NCBI GenBank assembly: GCA_977030845.1
Contig: OZ365110.1
Coordinates: forward strand, 30,008,001-30,072,000
From: Fimbriosthenelais zetlandica
Lineage: Eukaryota
DNA: 64,000 bases
Direction of reading: 5' to 3'
The notes beneath the pieces were generated by a model that worked only from the letters and a program-made list of their open reading frames with translations, did no database searches and had not been told where the DNA came from. Positions 49,963-60,900 of this stretch are shown here, one piece after another; positions within the stretch are counted from its first letter, which is position 1; every line of letters starts with the position of its first letter. The position numbers were made by a program, and so were the translations under genes.

Positions 49963-52900
49963 TGTGTCCTATACCTTTGAGGTGATAGTGATAATTGATG
50001 ATTTCCATCGACAATAGAACATGTAAATTATATGTATTTAAAAATACTTTTTACCAAATTCTATTGGACATCATCACTTTCATCTGCGAAGTTAAATAAT
50101 ATCGATCTAATCGATAAACAGTTAAATATGAAGGCTATGCATATTAATAGGATGTGTAGCAGCAATATGTCGTGACTAAGTCAATGGCCTACCTATGATC
50201 GGGTGTGTAGTTCATATGTTCCAGTAAATCACGGATTGTTGTATAGGTCACTCGTCCGTGTATCGGACCTTTTCCCTGTCTATATGTGTCCCCTGACCCC
50301 CAGGGGTCAATTCATGCAAAAATACAGCTAATTGTGACTTAAATTCGAGGACGAAATATCATTGCGTCAGTTGACACAGTTCCTCATGGCTATTCCGCTC
50401 TTAGGTCGTGTGTGATTCAGTGCATAACAGACAGGTATGAAATGCCTTGGTAATGCCTATCCTGTACAAAATCTTGGTAATTCCCTCTGCGAACAAAATA
50501 GTAACCCCTCCCCCTCGATCTAAGCCCCACCACCAGTCCACTATATCTGCGTTCCACCCCCCTTTTAACTACCTCGTCCACCCCAGCCCCCCTTTCTGAT
50601 ATCCCTTCGACTAGTTTCCTATTTCCTCGGTACATAAAAGTCAGATCTCCGATTACCCTTCCTCCTGTCAGACTAGTCATGTCTCAGCAATTATTCAAGT
50701 TTTACAGAACGACATTTATAGTAACCATGGCCAGTGAATGCTTTATTGACAAAAATCTCGAAGTCGATAGTCACGAAGTGACATGTCATGTGCATGCTAT
50801 ATTTGTTGTATAACATTCATTATGAATTCGTTCCTTTCTTTGTTCCTTCAAAAATGTATTATAGATATGATCATAAAATCACGAGAGGCAGAAGTTGAAC
50901 ATTGAATTCTAAACAATATGAAATGTCATATAATTAGGCCTATATCGATGTTATATTCTGGTGGTCGGAAGAACAAGATATAGTCAATCGCATTCAAGTA
51001 ACTGGCATTTACATCATATATAATTATACGATTCGTCCGTCTGTTGATATTAAGAAATGCTGTCCAAGTAAATGACAGATACTTGAATGTGATTGACTAA
51101 TTCCTATTATATATTATAAACATTTGATGGGAGTCAATATCAGCATAGCTTTAATATTGGTTGTTATGGATGGTCTATCATGGTCGCCAAGTGGTCGTCA
51201 GTTTTGATTTTGGATTCCTATTCTTCTAGTTTGTCAGACGTATGGACAGCTGACAGTTACTTAATAGAATGTAGTTTTTCATTCCTGACAGATAGGTTAA
51301 TAGCATGAATAGGCTGCCTGTCATTATAATGTATAGCATAAGTTAATAAGGTGGCAGACATTATTGACTGTACGACAGAGACATGATATACAACTGACAG
51401 TAAATCAATAAAATATCTCAAAATATATAATGAACCAGATACACGTGTATCTAAAATACACTGCCCTGGAAAAATTGGAAAAATCTTCAAATCTAGGGGT
51501 GGGGGAAGGGTGTCGTGGAAGGGAAAACAATCCTGAATGGTGCAGGGGCGGATGGAGGAGGGGCAATAGGAAAAAGGTGGGGTACAGTGCCCCTGTGGTA
51601 GGAAGATGAGATGGTAAAAAATCAGGTGGCAGGTTTTAGGTCGTTAAAGTTCAGACAGGCCTGTATACATGTATATGACTACATGTATATGACTTTGACG
51701 TTCGATGTCCTATGCGACATTCCAGACAGTGTCATGGAAGCGATCGGTTTCTTCCACTAGAATTGTTTTTTAAAATTGGAAGAATGTTGTCATTTACTAT
51801 TTATAGTCATGTTACGGTACTTCGGTATGATCTCCTGAGTATGGCATCTCCATTTATCATGTCTCCTAGACATCGACTACCATCTGTTGTCTTAATGGGG
51901 AAGAAATGAAGGGACTTTTACACTGTCTCCATGAATATGCATACATTATATTCAAATAATCTGACGACTAGGCCTATTTACGATCTGACGAAGTTCTTTT
52001 ATTGTGAAAATAGTATTTTACCCTAATATAATTGTGTATCTTTAATATTTGAATTTAATTATAATTATTGAACCAATATCATGATGATTCAATTATAAGA
52101 TCTCTTATTACTATTACCAAGACTTATTACAGGAAAAGTTCTGTGAGATGGACTATTATTTCTCGGTTCCTAGACTAGGGTGCTTCCCCCTTTCCCTGTT
52201 GGAGGGTATACCTGTTTCTAGGTAAATAATAACACATGTTATGTGCTGCTGCACATGGTCTAATGATTCTTATGGGCACCGATCCAAAGTTTCATTTCCA
52301 GTCCTATTCATTGTTATACGTCTTATATATCATGTACCCAAAGGCCTATCAGAAATGATTAATATATCCCATATGCCATATACCGTGATGTATAGTGTAC
52401 TCCTTGTGTTGGGCCTAATTAGCAGGCTAATAAATTAGCAGACGTACAGCAATTCCACTTGATTATTTAATCTCAAACCAAACCTTTGGTGCCCCCATGC
52501 ATACCTAACAGAAACTGCCTAGAAATCCCATGAAAATAAGGAAATACAGGAATATCGCTTTATGATAATCAATGACAAAAGTGATTAGTGATTGAACACA
52601 AATCAATCATTTAGAAGAAGATGAATATTTTTATATTTCTTATAGTTCTTAGCGTAATACAATGGGTGTGTTTTAATTTGGTGTTAATTTGTTATTTAAT
52701 AGGAAACGCCCAGGGTTGACGCCAAACTCACCCATTGTATTGACATACCTAGCGCCCTTTAAATGTCACTTGTATCTAACACTAATCCTTTAATAAGCAT
52801 AGTTTAAAAACATTAAAATCGGTTAAATACAATAATTCAAATAAAAAAGGCGGAATGACTCATGCATTTGGTCAATAAATTAGTGCATACGCACACCTAC

Positions 52901-53010
52901 CTCACATATAAACACATACATTATACAGACCATGCAAGCATGGTCTGTGTATGTTAATTTATAGCAGACTGTGTATCTGTGGGTCTCTGATCATCACAGT
53001 ACGTGCGCTC

Positions 53011-53096
53011 TGATTGGTCAGTGAATTTTTGGCCTGTCACTTATAACTGGCTGAGGCTTGCAATCTGCAGTCATCAGCTGCCAGGCAGGAAAGAAG
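53011..53096 (+). promoter_or_regulatory. Probable cPLA2 core promoter and non-coding first exon
   Basis: ATTGG (inverted CCAAT) 53013, TATAA 53042, donor AAG|GTAAGA at 53097; AP-1 TGACTCA at 52856. Confidence 0.55.
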
Positions 53097-53414
53097 GTAA
53101 GACAGGGGTTAAATTCTAGGAGCTTAAGCAGGGCAGAGGCCAGAATAAGGGACAGGAAATGTAGGAGTGTAGATAATAATGGGGAAAATGATAAAACAAG
53201 ATCACTGGGGGGATCAAGTCGTGGTACAAAAAGTGGGAATTGGATATAAAGGGGGTATTTTTCAATTAAAAACAAATTACAAGCCATTAGCCAATGAAGT
53301 CATGGACCAGATTTGCACACATTCAGCATAAAACGGGTATCTGTAAGGTTTCATGATTATCCTAACATATTCTCTTCCGGGGTATTTCCATTCACTCTGA
53401 TTATTTCTTACAGA

Positions 53415-53441
53415 ATGGTGTTTGAATTTTGTTCAATGTAA
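53415..53441 (+). other. Upstream ORF (MVFEFCSM*) in the cPLA2 5'-UTR
   Basis: ATG GTG TTT GAA TTT TGT TCA ATG TAA GAC ATG: same frame as the main ORF, ending one codon before the ATG at 53445. Confidence 0.6.
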
Positions 53442-53444
53442 GAC

Positions 53445-56400
53445 ATGCCTCACAAAAGCCAGTAAGTATTTTTAATAATTTGTATAATGTTACATTTCTA
53501 TTTAATGAAATAGCTGCTCTAAATTTATTATTATATTGCCCAAGAATTTATTATGATCACATTAAAAATAATATCTGTTTAATACTATGAGTGGTTTACA
53601 CAAACCATTACTCAGCATATATTTTTATAAATTAATTATTTATCATATTCCATATTATTGTTCTGCAGGTTCGACCCCTTTCAAGTATTTGAGGTAGGCC
53701 TAATTTATTCATTTCAATTTTTCTTCTGGCTGATTGGAAATCTGGAGAATGTGTGTCACAATTATCTCCCAGAATGGGGTCCAGATGTAAAATGCTATCT
53801 GTATGCACAAGGGCGATGGCAGTCTCTTTAGCCTCTTGTGCAACACTTGATAAGCGTGTAATTCCTTATTGTGGGCAAAGTGTAGGTGCCAGGAGCGTGA
53901 CGCTATATGTTGCCATTGATACAAGACTCATTTGGTCAGACAACTCTTTTTCTGAGTCATGAAAAATATTGGCAATATTGGAATTAATAATCTGTCAGTC
54001 TCTTTGCTAATATATACCCAGTCTGTTCGTCAATTTTATAATGTCACGTTATTGATTCCATTATTGCGTGAATTTAGGTCAAGCATCAGTCTTGTTTGAT
54101 TCTTCACGTTTCCATCCTGTCAGGAAAAAATATCAGCAAAGGATGGATGTCGAATTTATGTAAGATAATTAAAAACATATATCTTATCATATTCTTTTGA
54201 GTTGTCGGGAGTATTTACTGGATATTTTTTGACATTTTATGTGATATTGTGTGTTATTATATAACATTTCTGTTCTTAGTTCACACGCCCTCCCCTGTGA
54301 TACAGCTGCACATGGCAGCAGCCGCAGAAACGACCCAGCGAACAAGGACTGGAGTGAGCGACGTAAACCCACGGTGGGACGAGACGTTTGTCTTCTATCT
54401 CGATCCCAAAAATGATAACATACTTGGTGGGTAGTAAAAAAAAATTGTTGGACATAATGATCATACATTAATTTTCACATTAAAGGTATTCACATATCAA
54501 TGAGATGATTATGACCTATAGCATAGCTGGGGATATATATATAGTGTCATAAAAGTATGCTCGAGTATCCTATATTATATGAGAACATGTCACTTATGAA
54601 ATAAACTACATGTACAGGGAACCTTTCATAAATGAGACTGGTGTACCTATTATCCGTCTGTCTACAGAGATGAGCTTATTTGATGAGCATGCATGGTATG
54701 GTGGAGACCTTGGTAAGATTGCCATCCGCTGTGGGGAGTTGGTTATAAACGAGACAGAACGAAGAACCCTCAGGTTTGCTGGGGTAGGCCTAACTATACA
54801 TTATTTGAATACAATAAAATTGCTCCAATCCAACTTTCTTGGTTACATTTCGTGTACAGTCCGTTCTCTCTAAGTTGATCCGAAACCACAGTACAAATGT
54901 ATGGTGGTTTCGGATCAACTTAGAGTAAACAGAGTGTAAGTAGAAATCATATCTTTTTCAGACATCAGAAGTTGACCTGAAGTTGAGGATAGACTTTGAG
55001 TGAGTCCTTGATATTATTTTTTCATTTGGGCTCAGATGAATCTCGTCAAAAAGGCATTTTATGTCAGATGATTTAGATCTAATGGAATGTGGTCTGTTTT
55101 GTTACTATTAATGGATTTTTATTTGTTTAATTCAGCACCAATCCAAGCCTGCGCTACAGCCTCTGCCTCTCACCGGAAGAGAAAGAGTATCGGAAGTCGC
55201 GGTGTGGCCGGACGGTAGAGGCGATTAAGCGTCTGCTCGGGGACAGGGCGCCCTCTAACGTCAACAAGGTGAGAGTTATGATCGATATTTTTTTTTATTA
55301 AAGACACTTCAAGAAACCAGTACCGCCATCCGGCGTTTTTTCAGGTGGTCTTACAAAAGGAAACCTTTATAATTTGACAAATTTCCCTACAGGATGTCAT
55401 ACTCATAGAGTGGTATTATTCGAACATATAAAATGAATAAAAATACGGTTCCGTCATTTTTGAGTCGTCAAGCATTGTTTTTGGAATGGGATAGCATTGT
55501 CCTATAAAACTGAAACTATGTAAAGTATGTACTTATATATCCTGATTTGCAGGTGCCAACTGTAGCAGTTCTTGGTTCAGGCGGTGGTTTTAGAGCAATG
55601 ATAGGCTTTGCCGGAGCATATAAAGCTTTGGTAGAGTCTGGCCTCCTAGATTGTACCATGTATACTGGATCTCTCTCGGGATCCTCATGGTGAGAATTTC
55701 TTTGTGAACCTTTGTCAAGTTAGGCTTACTGTCATCACTTTGTTTTATACAAATTTGTCCATCACCAATTTAAGCTCCACTTTTCACGATTGGGTTATAT
55801 TGATTGATAGGGATATATTTAGAAATAAGTCGATACTTACGTAGTATAGTTGAAGACGTAGCGCGAAGTATAATTATGTTTAGGCCTACAATTTGTAGCA
55901 ACTCGTCTATATACCTATAGAGTTTGACTATATATCTTATATTACTATTCAATATTTTCAGGTATTTGTCACAGTTATTCTCTCACCCTCAGTGGCCGTC
56001 TGGATCAATCGCTGAGATTAATGATGAGCTCCGAGCAAACGTTGACCACACCTTCCTCTGGCTACTCAAACCATCTGGTAAACTTTTACTTTACAACTCA
56101 TAATTAGCATATCCTTTCACTGTAGCCTATTATTCGTTCTACTTAACACATTCAATTTTCATGAACCACAATTTACCTGACTTGGTAGGTCCGGATTTAT
56201 CGACATTGATCAAAATCGTTAATTTTGCTGTCCATAATTTATAGTTCGTCTTTATTGCAGGTATGGTAAAATATGTAGATAAGCTTTTAGCAAAACGGGC
56301 CACTGGTATGCCTGTCAGCTTCACTGATTTCTTTGGCCACCTTGTAGGAGATACATTATTAAAAGGGGTAAGTTTAAAATTCAAAATTAAATCTTGTCAA

Positions 56401-59400
56401 TGTCAATGTACATGTAGGAATTTAAGCCGGCCACACCCATAGATGATGCTCCATAAACGGTAAGATCTCCCAACGGTAACGCACCTCTCGATCAGTCTCT
56501 GTAGCTAGACGATATAAAATTCGTGACTAACTTGGTCCGGTGCCAAAAGTCGCAATGTATATAGGCCTATAGAAATACTGACTGTACATTTATTGGAAAG
56601 TTTTGAACAGACGTATTCGCGGGCAGGGGATGATTTGGTCCTTTAAACCCCTAGATGCTCTTTATCAATGATGTCATATTCTATTTGTAGCGGATGACGT
56701 CACGTCTAAGCGATCAGCGAGAGCGGGTGCGGGAAGGAGCGACGCCACTGCCGCTCTATACGTGCGTCCATGTGAAGAAAGATGTCTCCGCAAGGGTTTT
56801 TCAAGGTGGGTAGTACATTAATGTACACAATTTCCCCCGTAAGATAACACTTGAAACACGTTCATTCATTCAATTTACATTTTTTGCATAAAAAGAGAAA
56901 AGCAAAAAACAGGTTGTAGACCGCATAGTCTGATTGGAAACTGTTTAAACTTTTCGTGTAGGTATAGGGTGATATTAGTAGACCCTATGTCTCCCCTATT
57001 AATATTGAATTTGCCCCTTAACATGATCACTGAATAAATGTCAAATAATTAATCATCATTCCCGCAGAATGGGTGGAATTTTCTCCCTTCGAGATTGGCA
57101 TGCCCAAATATGGCATCTTCCTGCAGTCACACCTGTTTGGCAGTCGATTCTTCATGGGCAAAGTGACCAAACAGTTCGAGGAACCACCACTTCACTTCCT
57201 ACAAGGTTTCTTAGTGTTCCTATTTGCCATTTGCCCTAAATTCCTTCCTTTCTCTTTTTTTCACCTCCTTTTATCCGTGTTCCTGTCGGAACATGGGTAG
57301 ATGGTTGCAATAATTATTGCCACGCCACGGGTAACTCCTTCGAAGAATATAACCCTTCCCTTATAGTAATTTTATGCATAGGGGCCTACTGTAGTTTGAA
57401 TAAAGGATTGGTGTATGATTTTTCTGACCTTTCATTTTCAGGAATCTGGGGAAGCGCCTTCTGTATCCTCTTCCGTAGATTATTAAGGAAATCCCACAAC
57501 GCCAGTCCTATGTATAAAGTGAGGAAAGAAATGGGTAAGTCCCTTATATCCTATATCCTATACCAGCTGGTTTTGGCTAAAAAAATGTATATACATGTGC
57601 CCTAGATGTAGGCCTATTTAATACCCAACTGAACACTATATAACTACACAAGGAGGTCCATCATAATATATACCATATTAATAAATTTAGTGTCTGTATT
57701 ATGTTTCCTGTAGAAGACAAGCTTGATCGTGAGTTTAAAAGATCACCTGCAAAGCGTCGCCACCCTATCCCGCCAGTCGGTTCCTCTTGCAAACGGCGGA
57801 AGTTGAATGATACGCACTATGAACAAACCGGAAGTCACAATCAGAGGAGCGGAAGTTTCTTGGAAACGCTCCTAGAAAAAGTTTGCACCAGGTACAATAT
57901 GAATAAATAATGTATGATATATCATTTGTAGACATCTAGGCCTATAATTATGTTCTATTGGATTCATTCTTGTCTTTCTGACAAAAACTAACGTCTCGAC
58001 CCCTACCCAAGATGGGATCGAGGAAAATCAACACCTTTTTAATAGGCCTATGCATCATAGCATGGCTTCAAAAGCCTAGTTATGTTCTTTCCGTTTGATT
58101 ATGGATTATCGTGATCTATAGGCTACTATGCCTATGTTTTTCACTATTCGTATGTTCGTATGACTTTATACTTCAGTTCTCGGTTCAGTATCCTGAGTAC
58201 ACGGACAGCAAGGTCTGGGGTGGTGCATAATCCTATGAGGGGCCTGGTGCTAGAAAAATCCTACCCTTTCTCTCCCTTCACCGCTAAAGTTAGAACCATG
58301 ACGCCCATATCTGCTACCGGTAGGCCAAATTTTATATTTATATGCTAGGCCCTTAGGTTATAGGCGATAGACAATAATGATACGTGTATAATGATGAGAC
58401 ATTAACTTTTATATTTACTGTTAGGCCTATATATATTCAGCTGCCCTGTTGGCATTTTCAAACATCTTTCTTGTGTTTCTAGATGAGTTTAAGAACATTT
58501 TTGACCTGCATCCAACCAGCGAAGAATACCAATATTTGGTAGATGCCGGCTTAACATTTAATTCACCCTACCCTCTTGTCCTCAGACCACAGAGATCTGT
58601 AGACATTATATTATCATATGACTTCTCAGCACGCCCTTCAGACACTGACCAACCATTCAAGGTAAGCATCCAATAACAATAAATCTGAACTTATACTTAT
58701 AATATGTAGGCCTATTGTTTTCAATTCACATACAGTACTTACATTACAGTTTCGGTTAAAACTCCTTTTCTTAATCACTTTTTTCATTTTAACCTTCAGG
58801 AGTTGAAGTTAGCGGAGAAATGGGCACGTCTGAATGGAGTCCCCTTTCCACCCATTGATGTTTCGGTGTGGGATCCAGCTAACCCTAGAGACCTCTTTAT
58901 TTTCCGACACCCCACTGATACTCGTTGTCCTGTCATTCTACACTTCGTCCTCATCAACCTTTCCTTCAGGAAATACAAAGCTCCGAGTGAGTTGATTTGA
59001 AAATCGGATTCCCTGCATGAGAAACGATTAAAAAATATTTTTTTTTATTTCCAACATTCTAGTTCCATTTACTAATAAAATTTGTATGCATGCATAGGCT
59101 ATTATTCATTAGGCCTAACCCTACTTACATTGCCTTTTCTGTTAAATTACACAGATGTACCCAGACAGACGGAGGAGGAATTGGAATTTGGAAATTTTAA
59201 CATTTTTGATGATCAATCTTCAACTTATTCCACATTCAAATTCACCTACACGCATTGTGATTTTAACCGCTTGAGTAAACTTATGGAATACAACACCCTG
59301 AACCACCTTGAGGATATTAAATCTGTGATAGTGGAGAGACTAGAGCAAAAACAAAAACCACAAAAATACTCCATCCCGATGAACAAGGACTTTAAACTAT

Positions 59401-59501
59401 TGCCTATGACGAAAGCAATGGACAGATTTAAATTAAAGAAAATCCACAAATTGATGAAAATCCAAGAAGAAATTTGTAGTCCGGTGGATTTGGCAGTTTA
59501 A
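53445..59501 (+). CDS. PLA2G4A: Cytosolic phospholipase A2 (group IV, cPLA2-alpha-like), 765 aa, 18 coding exons
   Basis: Exons 53445-53461, 53669-53693, 54078-54159, 54280-54426, 54668-54783, 54962-54999, 55136-55268, 55553-55689, 55962-56077, 56261-56367, 56691-56805, 57068-57205, 57442-57534, 57714-57891, 58177-58319, 58483-58661, 58800-58986, 59155-59501. All GT-AG, 2298 nt, frame open. N-terminal C2 domain (NPRWDETF); GSGGGFRAM oxyanion loop; SLSGSSW catalytic Ser; WVEFSPFEIG; GIWGSAF; YPFSP MAPK site; LVDAGL catalytic Asp; LRPQR; DFSAR. Confidence 0.95.
54855..54938. mobile_element. Palindromic MITE, copy 2 (in cPLA2 intron 5, opposite orientation to copy 1)
   Basis: TACAGTCCGTTCTCTCTAAGTTGATCCGAAAC ... 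GTTTCGGATCAACTTAGAGTAAACAGAGTGTA. The loop reverse-complements to CACCATACAT..., as in copy 1. Confidence 0.75.
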
Positions 59502-59822
59502 GCTTTTTTTTTGCCGGGGGAGAGAGAGGGGGAGAGGGAGCTAGGGAGAAAAAGAGAGGAGAGATGGATAAAGACTACGGTACCGTAGCCTACTAAGGTA
59601 GATCTGATATTTATTATAATTTTTAATATTATTCAGATATTGTATTCAATTGTTAACGGGAATATGCTATAGACCTATGTCTAGGCCTATTTATGTAGCC
59701 TAGCCCTAGGTTAGGCCTAAAAATATGAGTTTATAAATAATTTAGGTTTTCTACTGTATCCTAACTTGACGTTAGCCTAGCCTAGCCTATTTTGTTAATA
59801 ACCTAATCATGTTTGTAATTTG

Positions 59823-59828
59823 AATAAA
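59823..59828 (+). terminator. Candidate poly(A) signal of cPLA2
   Basis: AATAAA ~320 nt after the stop codon. Confidence 0.5.
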
Positions 59829-60900
59829 AGTCATTGTCCTAAAAGAGGCCCCATTAATAATTATTGTCTCTGTTGATGTGTTATCCCAGATCGGCCAAGT
59901 TCCAAATCCTTCCCGCGCGCATTATTTGCAGACGGTGGCGCCACGGTGGAGGCACTCCAAGTATTAGCCTACTACCGTTGTAACTGAGCTGACCTCTTAT
60001 AGCAGCGGGTGTTAAATTCTACCATTTTCACTAACCAATCTGGCAGGAGCTCACCCTCAAATATGCATTATTTAATCCCTTATTTTCTCGCCAAGTCTTC
60101 AATATTTCGTGTAACATTCAGCAGCAATGGATTCTAAATGTGTTTTTACATTGGCCTGTGGATGCACTGGGTAAGACGTTTATTCTTTTCGGTATAATTA
60201 ACGTAAAGTCTTCCAATGTTTGGGAAAATGTCTCGCCCTTTTGAAGCTTTTCTGCGAATGCACAGTGTTAGGCCTACTGTCGACCTGGGGCAGGCAGATA
60301 AGTGAGGTGGAGATCAGAGCATTAATCAATGGGATACTCTGATATTTTTATTCTTATCAAGATAGATTACACGATGTGTAGATAAGCCCCTGGATAAGTA
60401 ACCTGGTATCTAGGCCTATGACTATGTTATGTAACAAGAACAGACATGTTATCATTATCATGGAATATCAATAAGTCAAATAGAAATAGTAGGCCTACTA
60501 GGCATGCGATCATTCAAGGTACCGTATTTATCTTCACTTCAGTTCTGACTTATGACTATCCGTAACCTAGCCCTAGGCAGTGTATTCTGATAAGCCTTTA
60601 GGCATTTGTGGATGAATTTGTGCTTTTGCCTCCCCTGAAAGTTCTCATAAATTTATATTGACTGGATAGACCTGCGGCTGCACCCACCTTAGGCTACTGG
60701 TAGCTTGTAGGCTTTTCCTCGAGATGTAGGCCTAAGTTGTTTCTCGACTGATGTTCGGTTTGAACATATTGATTGACATACTAGAACTTTGGCTCCTGGA
60801 TAACAGGAATTGTTAAGAGTTATGTCCACATTGTCAAGTCATTGAACTGTCATTTTACATACGTTAAATTATATTGTCATTTTCAAATTGCGCTTCCAGA

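Noticed and set aside
53669-53680. tRNA B-box-like GGTTCGACCCC
   Set aside because: It is the start of cPLA2 coding exon 2 (F-D-P); no cloverleaf.
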